From Selaginella moellendorffii (Eukaryota > Plantae > Lycopodiophyta), in contig NW_003314267.1 in assembly GCF_000143415.4 (NCBI RefSeq), positions 2,335,839-2,399,838 of the forward strand: a DNA stretch of 64,000 nucleotides. Direction: 5' to 3'. Position 1 is the first letter of the stretch. Every line of letters starts with the position of its first letter. A program made the translations under genes and the position numbers. Shown here one piece after another: positions 13,211 through 27,800 of the stretch. The notes beneath the pieces are model-generated. The model ran no database searches and was not told the origin of the DNA. It saw nothing but the letters and a program-made list of their open reading frames with translations.

Positions 13211-16200
13211 TCACATCATCATCCCCAAGTCGGATAAGTCGTCCATGGGAACGTCCAGGCCCATGAGAAACTCTCCTTGATCTTGGAGCGTGGTGTCTTC
13301 CAGAGAGCTAAACCATTGCTCGATCCCTGCTCCTATATCCTGTGCCTCGTCGTGGACGCCAAGGTCCTCCGGGATTGCAAGCTGTGTGAGATCCAGGCCA
13401 GACTGGGACGCCACCGTGTTCACGCCATGGCTTTCCACCTTGAGCACTGCAGTAGCCGACGACGATGCAAGCTTTTCTTTCGGAACTTCGGCAGGCTTTC
13501 CTAGCCCGTTCACGTCCTTGAACAAGGCAGTCTTTTGCCGAGGCTTTGTCTTTGTTTTCCGCTCGCCTTTGACAGTGCCAAGGCCTTGCCGAGGAACCCT
13601 GTCGTTCTCAGCTTTCCTGTGACTCTCCTTGCCCTGGCCTTTGCCATCCCTCTCCCGTTCACTCCGCTTGCCTTTGGCACCACCAAAACCAACACTTCCA
13701 TGGCTGTTGCGCACGCTTGTGGCTCCTGTTGTTAAGTCCTCCGGTGAGTCTTTCCAAGATGACCACGAGTTGTCCTTCCCCTTTACGTGCTCCGCGTTTC
13801 CATCCATAGCACCCTTGTCTTTCGCGTCTGTTCTTCGCATAACAAGCTTCCCTGCATTTGTTGCATGTTAAGGCTGATCCTCTGGAAATTTAAACAAAAT
13901 GTACCTCCGAGCTTTTGTAGGCTGGTTTCGCTTGCTGCTGGCGTGCCAGAAGTGTCCACACTGTTGGCAGCGGCGGCCGTATCGCTTGACTTTTGGACAT
14001 TACATAGCAAAGTGTCCCGTAAGTTTGGATCTACGAAGCAACTGTGACCAGCCTCGAATTTCCGCAATCTGGCCATTGCGCGCTTGGCAGAAGCCAAGGC
14101 GGCTGCCCTCGTTCCTTTGTTCCCTGCGCCTTTGTTTCCAGCACCACCTGAGCTTCCACGACAGCCCTGCAGCTTTTACCAGTAATAAGAAAAAACTCGT
14201 GTAAAACAGTGCATAAAACCTTTCTTCGGGTGTAGGCATTCTCGACGAGTTTTGAAATGGCAAGTCGCTCACGCTCCCTAGAAATATTAACGATTATAAT
14301 AGCAAGTGAAAAAAAGGCTATTACCTTATCTCTTCTTCTCGTTTTGCCATGATACACTTTTCCAGCCAATCGACTCGTTGCCGGTTTTGTGTCGCCTGTG
14401 AAAAAGTTATGGAGAGTAAGTAACGTATTCAGGGATTCAAGTTTAATACCTGTTCCTTCAGCTCCTCCTTCAACTTCGATATCTCCACACATATTTCATC
14501 CTCGTCTCGTTGAGAAAGATCAGGCTGTTCGGCAAAAACCGTCAAGAGTAAGAGGTGCCTTCTCCGTAAAGATGTACTCACCACTTGCTCTACCACGAGA
14601 CCGATACTTTGAAGCTCGAAAAGTATCCGGTCATCCAAGTTGAGTTGCTCGTATTGGGAATCCCATGTACTAGATCGTCCTTCTGTTTTTACACCAGGCA
14701 AATGATTGGCATCACTCGCATCCGCCATGATCTCATCGCCATCAGCAACTTCATCAAAACTTGACTGGTTGTTGCCATGTCCATTGGAACAGTAATTTCC
14801 GTCAGTAGCGTACTTTTGATCCCGTAATGTACTTGAGGCTGGATATCCGTCACCTTCCAGGTTCTTCTCGGTTTCCTCCTCTCCCTCATTTATAAGAGCC
14901 GCCAAAAGCCTTTGTGACAGGGGATATATCCTGTCATACCAGCCACCACCAGCACCAGTTCGACCTCCGGTGCGAACCTCCAGACGATCACTACCGTCAG
15001 GTTCCAGATTCCCATTTGCAAAATGGGAAGACTTCTGAGCACCGTCATTCATAGGCAATGACGAGACATCACTGCTGCACTTCGAGTCAGCCTGAAAGAA
15101 AATCCGTGCATTAGAAAATAGAACCTTCCTCATGCTCTCGTGGTTTCTCACCAGTTGATGCAAGTAGGAAATGTCATCAGATGTTAAAAACGTAAAATAC
15201 GGCTCCATTTCTTTCCAAAAGTCACTCGAGCATGCGGCAGCTGCAAGGTTCAGCAGACGGTCATGTGAGTACACATTTAGTAAGGTTTGCACATCTATAC
15301 CACTAGCGTCAACTGCGGCTCGAACGGCAGCGACAAGCTCCTCATGGTCATCATCTGATTCGCCTGGAGAAATCAAAAGAGAGCCTTCAGAAATCGAGAA
15401 CACGTTAAAACGTTCCTGGATCGCTGAAAGGACAAGGCACCGTACCTAGTTCAGGTGCACTACTGGATATAGGTCGTCGAATCCTTGACATGGACTTGCG
15501 ATCAACAGCTGCTTTTTTTGTTGTTGGAGTACGACCAGGCCTACAAAATCCCAGAGTTGAAGTTGAACATCTAAAACTAAAAATGCGAACGAGATGTACC
15601 TGTCATGCTTTTCAATCCTCGCACTCCTTAGCTGTTTAGCTGTACTCGTCGCAACATCTACTTTTTCAATCGTTGTCACCATTGGCTTCGGCATACAGAA
15701 ATTCCGTCCGCTCCTTCCTTGCCTGCGAACTCCATCTCCAACATCCTCCTTCACCAGCGAAGCCTTTGCTGGTAGTATGAGGTTAGACTTGTGGTTTGAA
15801 ACAGGCCGAGAATCCCATTCTCCATGCTTCTTCCCCTTGTCTTTCATCTTGTTCTCACTGGCTTCTTCCGATTCCTCACTCTCCGAGACAACCACGGACG
15901 ACTGCATCCGTTCACTTCTCGGCTTGCTTTGCGCAGGAGAATGTACGTTCCCAGGTGGTACTCTCCTCGGAACTCCTCCGACACCGTTGACGCTATTCGT
16001 GAGTCTTGGGCCAGCTGCTGCTGCTGATGGCTCACGTTCAGGAAGCGCTTCAGGGATATCCTCAGCTGGCAAAACTCCACCCGGCGGCAAATTTACTCGT
16101 CTTGCCACCCGAGCCATCTTCTGAGGCCTTTGTCCAACCCACTGGGCAACAGGAGACGAGGACCTCGACGGAGCGGGTCGTTTGCGGTTCCCTTGTCCCG

Positions 16201-17656
16201 ATGGAATTTGAGCTTTCCCGGGGCCTTGCGGTTTCTCACTGAATGCGGTCACGCGGTTTAGATTAGAGAGATGCGCCGATGCCATGGAGCCGGACCGAGG
16301 AGCTCGGGCGGCCTTTTTCGTCACGGTGGATGTTCCAGGAGTCATGTGCATGTCATCCTGCAATATTGGCCTGCAACAAAAGTAGCATCTCGTTAATCTT
16401 TTTCTTGCAGAGACAAATAAAACTCGTACTTGACACCGTTCTTCTGGAAGCGTTCCTTGTCCGACACAAAAGAACGATCTGCTTTGTCCCCGACAGCTCC
16501 CTCAATTACACCACGAGCGCCAGTGCCGTTCATTTGCATCGAGGACTCGGTTTTGTGAATCGAAGTAACGCCATGGACAGGTCCAGACCTGTGATTTCCA
16601 AGATTATAAACGTACAAAACCTTGACTTTTGTCTGTACCTCAAACCGTGAGCATCATTCGACCTTGGTCTCGCTTCATGAGCCAGCCGATGTTGTCCGCT
16701 CCACTTGTGATCGCGTTCTCCATCAACAACGCCGTTTCCAGCGGGAGGAATATTTGCATCGGATTTTATACCAGACCGCCGTCCTTTCAATTTGATCTTC
16801 TCCCAGCCATCGTTCGGAACCCGACTTTCTGTTGGAGTTGAAGACGGGAGCACCGTAGACGATCTCGGGGACTCCCTGTCTGCTGATTTTTTCATGGAAA
16901 GGTTGCTGTTTGGTCTTGGCCCCTCCTAAAGAATGATAGTCACGAAAATGAGAGAACTTAACGATGGAGAGAAATTCAAAACTCACTCCTGCTATGGATG
17001 TCCGAAGCCTTTTATTAGGAACAACTTTGTTCTTCTCTGTAGTTTTAATACCATCGGCTTGGCCAGCAACAGTGTTAACTTTCAGTGTCGTTGATATCCT
17101 GTCAGCTGGAGATGCTCCTGGAACTCGCTCGGAACCTGTGTCAGGCTTGGACCGCTTTCTCGATTGCCGGTACCTGTCAAGCTTGAGAATCGCTTCAGAA
17201 AGGTGACGAGATCGTTCCCTGGGAGTGAGACAACAATCAGTTCAGCAATACAGAAATTACTAAAATGATGAGAACGTACCTTGCTCTTGCAGAGAGCTCA
17301 GAAACACCAGTTTTTACACGCTTGAGCTCCTCCGCTCCAAGGCTGTCTAGAGGCCTTGCAAGGGTCGGATCCTCCACCGAGCCAGTGATGGCATTAGTTA
17401 CTCTCCTTAACTCCGTCTGCCTCGCATTCCTCTGCTCTCCAAAAGGAATGCAATCTAGTGATAGTAACTGTGACAGGGAGACGAGATCGCAAGCCGGTCC
17501 CGGAGCGTTTCCGCCCCCACCACCTCCACCATGCGTGCGTCCGGCCTCGTGACCGTCACGAAAGCTGCTTGATCTATCCATACTCCTGTGTCCATTTGGA
17601 ATGCTTGTCATAAACTGCGCACCATCAGGACTGCTAGAGCCGAGATTTACAGCCAT
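13211..17656 (-). CDS. Plant SAGA complex subunit SCS1/SCS2 family (ADA3-like; At5g22450/At2g19390/At4g29790 family), multi-exon
   Basis: Family motifs SSSPVAQWVGQRPQKMAR, GDGVRRQGRSGR, ESDDDHEELVAA...FWKEMEPYF, LDDRILFELQSIG, KGKRSERERDGKG, KGERKTKTKPRQKT, and C-terminal GLDVPMDDLSDLGMM. GT-AG introns; probable 5' UTR intron at about 17740-18144. Confidence 0.8.
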
Positions 17657-18956
17657 CCCTCCACCAAAGGCACCCTTTGGTGCCTAGTTATTCCTTCAGC
17701 TCATCACGTAAAATTTGTAACAGCCTGCCGTCAACCCTGCAAAGCACCACAAACTAAGTGACGAAGAAAAAAAAAATCTAAGCCCACTAGACACTCGCTC
17801 TCCACAAGCTTGTTATTGAAACCAAACTATGTGCAAAAACTTCCTTCTAGATCACGTATGAGAAGCCTGCATTGATCCTACAGAGTTGCGAGCTTACTGG
17901 ATTCAACCCATTACATCGAAGTAGCATTCCTCTCGAGCAAATGAGAAACCACCAGGCGATAGGATACTGCAATCAAACAAGGGACTTAGAATTCACGGCG
18001 GTAGCAAGGAGCCATTAAACCCCAAGCTCGAGAAACCAAGGCAAACTAGCAATTAAACAGTGATAATCCGAAGAATTCACGCAACCCCATTAAGCTCCCC
18101 CAGGAAGAAGAAGGGAAAAAAATTTCCTAGAAGCAGCGAGCTACCCACACAATCCCTGAATTGCCCTTGCAGACCCTAGCACTCCAAAACCTTGCGAAAT
18201 TCTCCCCAACCCTTGGGAAAACCCTGCTTCATACCTCATCAAATCGCGCGCTGTGCGCCTCGTTCCAAAGCTGTCGCGCCGCACTGCTTGGATCGGGCGT
18301 CCATTGCCGGGCTTAGCCGCAACGATGGCCGCGATCCGAGCTCCACTCCATGGATCATACCCTTGCTCCACCGGGAAAGAGTAGGGGTAAAAAAAATAAA
18401 ACACCACAAGCCCCCTGTTAAGGGGAGAGAAGAGCCCTTGCGGATGAATGACCCCATGCCGCCATCCACATCCACACCATGCGATCCTGCATGAGCTGGC
18501 AAGCCAGCCGGTGTACGTGGCGCGACGTCACTGGCCATAGCCCGGCCCCACGTGTTCCCGGGGCATGATGATGTGGCATGTATGGTACTTTAGGGCTCCT
18601 CTTTTTCCAACTTTGTGCCAGCCCGATTCTTAAAGATTCTCCCTTTGGCCCCTTTGGATTGGGTGTTTGATCCAAACGTCTCTCCTCCGAATGCCAACGC
18701 CACTTTTTCTGTTTGTCCGTCCCATGGGCTAAAATTTAACGTCGCACTCACACTACACTACACACATCCCGGATGTTTGGAACTGAAACACCCAAAAAGA
18801 ATTTGACTTCCCTAGACACTGGACGAATGAAATGGGGTAACTATATTTTACATTTGGCCTGGATTGGATGGATATCGATCATCATCACCCGCCTTATAAT
18901 AATTAAAACGAAGGAACAAATCTTTTTACTTGGCTCGTCATTGCCCTTTCTTTTTT

Positions 18957-21275
18957 TCACTTTCTAGCCGTCGTCGTGCGTTTCTTCTCGTTGTCCAATT
19001 GAACAACGTAGCTTCTCAAGCTCCGCTCTTCGATCTGCGCGTTACAAAGCATATGTCGCTAGAGAAAATCGAAGCAGGACAATGGAAGTGGAGAGATCTT
19101 ACCTCCAATGTCGCTATCCTATCTAAGATCTCTCCACATTCCTGGAGAAGTGCCTTGCCTTGCGATGATACATGAGCCAGCTGACAAACAATCTCGTTCG
19201 TCTTCTCAGCCTACGAAAAGCACCAAGCACGAGAGATAAGCGCTTGCTAATCGTTACAAAAGCGCTGGTGAAACGAAACAAAACAAATCCGGAGGAATCA
19301 AAACATACCCTGGGGAGCAACTCTCGTGTCGTCGATTCTAGTGGTACCATTGCATCGCCCAGTAAAGTCAATGCATTTTGAAGCGCTGGAATGTCAACCT
19401 GGTATAAAAGGTAACACTTTTAAGAGCCAAGAAAGGAAAGCAGCTCCTTTACCTTTGCTCCGCCAGTAACCGGGACTTTCAAGGTTGCAGCTTCCAAGGC
19501 TGCAATGAATCCAGACAGAGCAATCGCATGCTCGGGCTCTAGCTCTTCCCATTCGTCCAAATGCTCACCCTGCAAAACAAGAGCTTCAAAAATATTTCAA
19601 GGCAAGAAGAAAAAGTGTGAAGCCTACATGAGCCGCAATCACCGCACGAACTTTCAAGTCCTGCTTTGCTTTTTGCAATCTGATGCGCTTCTCCGCTACC
19701 CGGCTTTGCAAATCAGAAATTTGCAACGAAGCGTTGTACAACATTCGCTGCGAGCAGCCACAAGGAAAAGCGTTAGCAACAAAAGAAAATCAAAAGTTCG
19801 AAGGTTTTCTACTTGGTATGAAGCACACATACTTCTCCAGTGGCCTTCTGAGCGCTCAACGTCGCCTGTGAACGAGCATTCACGTATCGCCACTGCAACC
19901 ATCGATTGTGGAGAATCCGGAGACACAGTGCCTCGTCCTGTTGACTCATTGCCCTTCGACCAGTCGAGCTATCATTCCCGAAGTTGAGCATGCACGCCAC
20001 ACTACCCGGACGAACTCCTTGATAAAAACCAGCAGCGCCACCACTAGGCAGGGCTCTCGTTCTTGTCGGACTCGGCAAACCTCGCGAAGGAGATGAAACT
20101 TTGGAAGGAGACGAAGGTGGCGGCGATGGCTGTGGTGCTACTGTGGATGAAACAGCACGCACAGGAGAGTATACCCAAGACGGTGCCTGACTCGGCGCTG
20201 GAGTACTCGCAGTCGAAGATGGAGCTGAATTGCCGCCGCTGGCATTGCCACTCTTGTTTGATCTTCGGTTGCTCGTCTTGGATCCCAGAAACTCTCCCTC
20301 GGGCATCGATGATCTCAGCTGGTTCACGTCCGAGAGCCTTCGAATCCGACTCCCCAAGTCTTGCCAGAACCTCGCCGGCACCACAGTTCCTCTCGCGGCC
20401 TTGCTCGGCCTAGAGGAGCTTTTCTCGCTGTCGAGAGAGCTCCTCTGAGAATCCAAAGAACTCTTGACGCTCTCGCCAGCGTCCGAGTCGCAGCTTGCCA
20501 GATCCGCGTCGTCCGGAACGCTTCTCACGCACCTTGTATCGGTCTTAGTCTCGTCGCCCAGGGAAGAGGAATCCGCCGGCTTGGATGGTTTCTTCGTCGG
20601 CTCTAGGAGCTTCCCTGTGAGCTGATTGAAGCTCCGCGCTGGAACGAGGCAGCGATTCCCTTTGGTCCCTATGCTCGACGCTCGACCCATACTTAGATCC
20701 AAGCTCCGGCTGATGGATTTCCCATTCGCCGTCCCGCTCCATCTCTGCGATTCGAGCTTGCCGCCGCCCACATTCTCGATCGGCCTGGCATTCTCCGCTT
20801 GATCCGCGCCCTGGCGGCTCCTCTTCCTCTCCGGCGTTGCCACGCGGGGCCGATTTGCCGCGGGCTTGAGGGCGTGATCAATCTTCGCCTTGTCATCGCA
20901 GAGAATCGCGCCCTGGGAGCTCCCTGTCACGATATTCTGGCAGGAAGACCACACCTCCTTGGCAGCACCGCGCTTGTCATCGCCATTGCGCTTGCGCTCG
21001 GCCGAGATGGCGCGCTTGGGAGGAAGATCGAGAGGAGCTGGAGCGGCAGGAGCGTCGCCAAGGCGGCCGACATTTGGGGATGGAAATCTGCGAACCGTTG
21101 GAGGAGGGGGAGGAGGAGGCGCTGCCGCCGCTACTCCTCCTCCCGATCCAGCGATCTTGTACCTGGATGAGACTTCCCTATTCCGCGGCTTTCTTGACAC
21201 GCCCACATTGCTCTTCTCTGCGAGCGCCAAAGGATCTCTCTCGTTTTCCAGCTCCAGCGTGGCCGCAACCATCAT
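18957..21275 (-). CDS. QWRF-motif protein (AUGMIN8/SCO3/EDE1 family), multi-exon
   Basis: N-terminal REVSSRYK, VPARFWQD, LRILHNRWLQWRYVNAR. Later exons encode LKVPVTGGAK|VDIPALQNAL, ALLQECGEIL and IEERSLRSYVVQL...ARK, with the stop at 18957. Confidence 0.88.
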
Positions 21276-21499
21276 CGCTGTGCCATGCCCGCCCGGAAGA
21301 AGAACCACAAGAGGCAGAAAACCCTAGAGCTGCCGACCTAAAACCCCTGCGATTCTTGCGACGAATTGGAGATCTGGAGCGCTGCGCGGATCCAGATCCA
21401 TGTTCTTGGTCTGCAAGCGATGGGACGCCGCCGCCGCCCTAGAGCGATCCATCGCTGCTCCTCCCGCGTGCATGCTCCCTCCAAATCCACATTCATATG

Positions 21500-21635
21500 T
21501 GGTGCAGCCGTCCGATGGGTGCATCCGAGAGCGGCAGGGCCGCCACGTGGGAAGAGCCCAACGTTCAGCCGACGAATCAAGCGAGACCGTTGGATGGAGC
21601 CACGTTTAAACGGCATCACATTGGCCGTTGGATGC
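21500..21635 (-). promoter_or_regulatory. Cluster of MSA (MYB3R) elements plus G-box upstream of the QWRF gene
   Basis: ATCCAACGGTC (21585-21595) and ATCCAACGGCC (21623-21633) on the minus strand, AAACGG near 21608, and CACGTG near 21544. Confidence 0.55.
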
Positions 21636-21849
21636 CCCCACACTCTACGTGCTTTTGAAAAATAGAAGAGTATCTCAACTTCATGTGTGCACGACAGGGA
21701 TATTTGAAATCTAAAGAATATTCTAACAATGTCTTACAGAAATTACATTTTTATAACTTACTTTATTTTAAAAACAAAAGGAGTGGGCTTTTAGTATTAA
21801 CAACACTCACTTTAACATGGAAAAAAAAAGGATAAAAATAAAAATAAAA

Positions 21850-24800
21850 TTACAGTCGAGTAGAAGGCCTTCGCCTAGCGGTATCAGTCCTGGATTTCTT
21901 CCTGGGATGGTGAATCGTTCCATCGTTTCCTCCATCCCTGTGAGCTACTACTACTGGTGGCGATGGCGAGGACGACGATAGCATCACGCTGTAAACTTTG
22001 CGAGCTCGAGCCCAGCTAAGCGGCCCGCCATCGTCTATCATGCTCTTGATCCCTCCTTTACTGCTCGAATCTCTCCTGGCACTGATAGTAGTGCTGCTGC
22101 TGCCTTGATCTACGCTCGCTTGACCCCTCTTTCGCTTGTTTGAAACTTTGATCCGCGGCTTTCTCCGGCTGTTCCTCTTCCTCTTGCAAATCACTAGATC
22201 AGCTGGGTGAGTAACTTGGTCCTGTCCTCTATCTCTATCACCTGGTCTCGTCTTCTTTCTACTGCTGCTATCCTTGCCTCTACTAACGCTACCTGTTCCG
22301 TCGTCCTCTTTTTCCTGCTGTGGTGGTGGTGCTGCTGCTGGCGTTAATCTGCCGGCCTCTGCAAATACCTGGCGTTGCTTGCGAGATGATCTCGAGCCGC
22401 TCATGCGGATGCCGATGTTGATCTTTATGGAGTTGAAGTCCACGTCTGGAAACATCAAGCCCATCCTTTGGAAGAAGAGTGAATGCAGTCGTCGAGCATC
22501 TGCCTGCACCTGAGACGAGGAAAAAGAGACGAGATTTACAAGTTTCTTCCTGAAAGGTTACGAGAAACCAACCTCGGCGTTGTGTGTGTTGTAGCGGGAG
22601 GCGTTGTCTAGCATGAGCTGAACGTCACCCGCGAAATCCAGCACCGTAGCATAATCGAAGCGCTCCAGGTGCTCTTCGATCGTTTTTGCGTCAATCGGCT
22701 TGTCGATGACTTTGTAGTAGTCTGGAAGCTCGTGACGCTTGGGAAGCTCCATTAACAAAGCGGATACCTGTCGCCCGTCCTTGTTCATTGCACCTTGCAG
22801 CTTGCTCAAGACAGCTTTGCACTGCAGACAAAAACACAAAGGCTCTTAGAAAAAATGCGAAGGAGAAAAGAAGTGAAAACGCACCTTCTTCTGGACGTTG
22901 TCCTGCATTCTTGCACCTCCTCTAACAGTCCGAGTTTCTTTCATCTCAGCGACGGCGACTTCTTCTGCCAGCTCTTGGAATCCATTGACTCTTACCTGCT
23001 TTGATGCTGCTTGCGAGCTCCAATTAGCAAAGCCAGTGTGAATGAACGTTGCTGGCCTAGGCGTGATGCTCCATACATCAGGACGTTCATATTCGCTGTA
23101 TCCCGGCCACGTTTGCAGAAAGCCAACAGGAAATACACCTTGAACAGGTACATTTCCCGCTCCAACGCCAACCTTGCGCCGGTGACGGGCACTTCGCTTG
23201 CGTTTTCTTCGTGGCTCCACAATCTGGTCTTCGTCTGGATCCTTTTCGGAAGGACTATCTCCGGGGGAGTCACCCGAGGCCGCGATTTCACCTTCTTCCA
23301 AATCCTCGCCATCCTGAATAACAAGAAAACATTAGTTCATATGCAAAACATGTGCAAAAATAAAGAACAAAATCTCTACTTACAAGGTCTTGGTTAGATC
23401 TGCTTCCCAACGCCGCCAGCGATCCAAACTTTTTGGAGTCTACCACTTGTAATTCAACTCGTGGTTCTGGACTTCCTTCTCTTTCGTCAGACGATTCTGC
23501 TACAGCTTCTGCTTCGTCATCCATCTCATCAGCATCATCCTGTTGCTGCCGCCCAGTATCGTCTTCCTCCTCATCAGAGCCGTCCCTTATTTCACCTTCT
23601 TCCTCATCTTCTCCGGATGAAGACTCTTCCTCTACAACAACTTCTTCGAGATCTTCGTCGTCCTCTATTTCTGTAGGCGGAACCTTCACCTCAAATGGAG
23701 GTCGACCTCGTCTTGCCGGCTTGAGTCCCTTGTGATCGTGTATCACAGTGAAGTTCTTTCTTGACAACGCCTTCTTCGCCAGTATTCTATCTTCCTCTGC
23801 CTTCGTTCCTATAATACCTGACATACCTGAAAATCCCTTCACTAATGCCTGCTTGGACGTAGCTTTGATAGCTGCATTCACCTCGTCCGAGCCAACGTGA
23901 AGCCACTCCGGGACCTCGTCGTATGCAACCATTTCACCAGGCCAGTCACATTCTTCGTCCATTTGATCGAAAAGCTCGACTTCTTCTTCACTCCTGGCAA
24001 TCATCCTGTTCACTTCTTTCAACGTTGGAACATCGTGAACCGACTCCTGATATCTCTCCTCGTCATGCAAGAGCGCTTCCAACGTCATGCGACGCTCTTC
24101 GTGTGTAGTCCTCTGATCGAAACGGCCAGCATTGATCACTTCATCGGCCATATCTATCTTGTGCTGCTGAATATTATTCCGGACAAGGCTTTCTACGGAC
24201 CCCATGTATCTATCCTTCCCCGCCATATCATCGTCAACGTCCAGGGAACCTCCATTTCGGAGCTCGTCCTCCATTTGATAGCTGGTGAACGACTCCACAA
24301 CAGCTTCCATGTATATCACCTTCACCTCTGACTTCTGTCCGATACGATGAGCTCGTGCTACAGCCTGCTCCTCGTTCTTTGGATTTGGATCAGGATCGTA
24401 TATAACCACTGTATCTGCTGTCTGGAGATTCAAACCACGACCTGCTGCCCGGATGCTGAGCAAAAAGATGAAGCACTGGGAACCAGGCGCATTGAAGTCC
24501 ACAATAGCAGTTTCTCGGGAGTCCAGAGGGGTTGTCCCATCAATTCGTCGATATATCAGACCACGCCACTGTAGGTAATCCTCCAGGATATCTAGCAACT
24601 TCGTCATTGTGCTGAAGAGTAAAACCCGGTGGCCCGACCTCTGTAGCTTGATCAATATCCTATCAAGTATCCAAAGTTTTCCACACATCCGAACCATGTT
24701 CTCGTTGAAGAGTCGACAGTGTGGAGGATAATTAAGATAAGGATGGTTGCACACTTTTCTCAGCTCCATGCACTTGTTCTGTAACGGAGCATAAGCCCTG

Positions 24801-27800
24801 GCCTGTCGCTTGCCATTGCCACTAGCCACCCTTTCTTCCTCATCTGCTGGATCCAGACGAATAGTACCAGTTGCCTTCACCCAGTCGTATATTGCTGCTT
24901 GAAAAGATGACATTTTACACTTCAAAACAACAGGGACCTGGAAATGTGTTGATATGAAGTAAAAGAAAAGGAAAAGACATTTTAAAGACTTACCTTGGGC
25001 GGAAGAGACCCCTCGACATCTTCAACCCGCCGTCTAAGCATAAAGGGCTCAAGTATTTGATGCAGCCGGTGAATAACGATGACTTTCTTTTCCGTTTCAA
25101 GCCAATCATCCTCAACTGTATTGGCATCTCTTTGGAATGGCTTTGAGAACCAGTCGTGAAAAGCTTTACTGTTGTCAAAGACTTCAGGAAGGAGTAGATT
25201 TAAAAGTGACCACAGCTCATGTAGATCGTTCTGACATACAACCAAAAAAATAACTTAAGTATTTAGATAGTATAAAAGCCAATACTCTTACTTGCAGAGG
25301 GGTACCGGTTAGAAGCAGCCGCCTTTGACAGCGAAAACGATCCAAGTCACGAGCAAGACGGGACTCTCGATCTTTCATACGCTGAGCCTCGTCTATAATA
25401 ATATACTTCCAATCAACTTTTGCTAGTTTTGATCTGTCGCGCATTATAAACTCGTACGTAGTAACTAGAACATTGAACTTCAATGCAGCAACTTCCTGTG
25501 CAGGGCAAATCTATCAGCCAAAAAAAATTATGACTTAAGCAAACGGCACCTGTGAGTAAATCCTAGAGCGGTCTTCTCTTACACCAACATAAAATATGGA
25601 GCTCACGGAAGGCAACCATCGGAGCAGCTCACTCTAAAACATGAAACTTTTTCAAGTTTGAAAACCAGTCATAAGAAATGAGTACCTTCCAGTTCACTAT
25701 GACTGCGTTGGGAACAATAATAAGATGTGGTCCGTAATTTCCTTTGAACTCCATCAAGTATGCAATGAGCGCCATAACCTGGACGAAAACATCTCAGACA
25801 AGCCCGGACCTCAAAATACAAAGCTAACCTGTACAGTCTTTCCCAATCCCATTTCATCGGCAAGGATACCATTTAGTCTGTTATTGTACAAAGAAAGCAT
25901 CCATTGAAGACCGACCTGCAAAAACGATCAGCGAAAGAGAAACTTACATGGACCAGCACTCACCAGCTGATAGTCACGTAATATTCCCGCCCGAAGCATT
26001 GACGGCTGCCTCAATATTTGCTCGTTCACTGCATGAGCCAGAGTATAGTACCTACAACAAGGACACAAGCATCAAGCATACAGACGAATGAAAAACCAAA
26101 AAGACTCAATCCTTACTTATTTACAGAATTGGATGTAGCACAGTTCCAGCTCCTCAATGCTACAGCTTCACTCGCTTGAGCGGCAGCACGTTCAACTTCC
26201 TCTTCGGAAAACCCCTGCACAAAATTACAAAATATGTTAAATATTAAATACCAGCATTCCATGGTAGCTTTCGTGAACGTACTTGAGATCGCGCAGAAGC
26301 AGCAGCAGCTAATGCAGCTTCTTCTCTTTCCTGCTGAGTCTTGACAGACGATATCTTTCCTCCAAGCTTGTGAAGATAATCTTCTGTTTGAGACAAGAAA
26401 GATTCCAGGACCTCAAATCGCTGCTGAGCATCACCGGGAATTTCTTTCTGCTGCTTTATCAACATCGCCCTGTATGCATCGACGTCGTTGTTCTTTAAAG
26501 CTTCCATTCTCTTACTGCGATCTTCGTCTTTCCTTTTCGAGAACTCTCGTAGAAGTTTCTCGTGGAACTTTGCAATACCTCGGTTACGGTTGATACGAGA
26601 ATCCCGAGCAGACCAATGTGCTTCAAGGAGCTTCTTCCGCCACTGAAATATGCCCTTGAGATACTTTTCCTTGCTTGTCTTTTGCAGCACCATAACTTGT
26701 CTTGAAATCTCCATCCTCTGACGCTCGCATAGACGAACAAACTTCCGGTAAGCTCTATCACCCATGGCCATGATCTCCTGTTGCTGTTCCTCGATTTCAT
26801 TTCTAACCTTCCCTTGCATCTTGAGAAGCACTAACTTCCTCTGCTCGATCCGTAGCTTCAGCTTGAGTTCAGAAGGTACGTTCAAGTTACCATCCGACAG
26901 TAGCATTTCAATGACTTTGAGCTTCTTAGCCTTCTTCTTGCCAATTATTCTTAACCCCTCCTGAAGTAGAAGCTCCCGGACGTCGTATTTCAGGGACGCT
27001 GGCGGTCCCCAAACATTCGGAGTAGGAAGCAAACTGGCCTCCGGTTTCTTACCAAGAGGAGGGAAGTCGAATAAAGGACCACGGTAACGCTTGCTTGCCG
27101 GCGTTTTGCTAAGTAGCCGAGAAGTGTTTGATTGCCGAGTTGAAAGATCGATCCCATTGTTTTCATTCGAATCCGCCTGCTTCTCGTCCTCGACCACAGA
27201 CTTAGTTGGCACCACCTCTTGGACACTTTTGAGAGCTTCACTCTGTGAGGACGCTTGCTGCATTCCTGAGCCCTTCAAACTGGGTTCTAATTCTGAGCCA
27301 CCATCTTGAGTTTTAACTGGAGATTCACGATGCGATTTTTCGTCAGCAGTTTCGTTCAAGACCTTCGGCTGGCTGGTTTCGGGTGGAGGCAACGCCAATG
27401 CCCCTTGTTTCTGTGGCGGGACTCCTAAAGGAGTCGGAGTTATAGCACGGATCATGTCTGATGTGAAGGAACGATCGCCACGCTGAAGTTACAAAACAAA
27501 AAATTAAGTTTTGCGCGAGAAGGTAAGACAGATACGCGTACCTTTAAGCGACGGAAAGCTAGGATTTGGGCGCGCAGTACCATCAACTGCTGGATAGTGA
27601 AGCCAACAGCCTTCACAGCCGGTTGAGCATGCTGAGAAGAAGAATCATTTGCAGGGGCTGGTGCTGGAGCTGGAGCTGGAGCTGGGGGTTGCTGCTGCAA
27701 ATGCTGTGACGCGACCATGGAAACCGGGGTTTGGTTTTCCAGCAGAGCTCTGGGATTGAACTGGTGCTGTTGTCTCGGATGCATCGGAAATACCGGCGAA

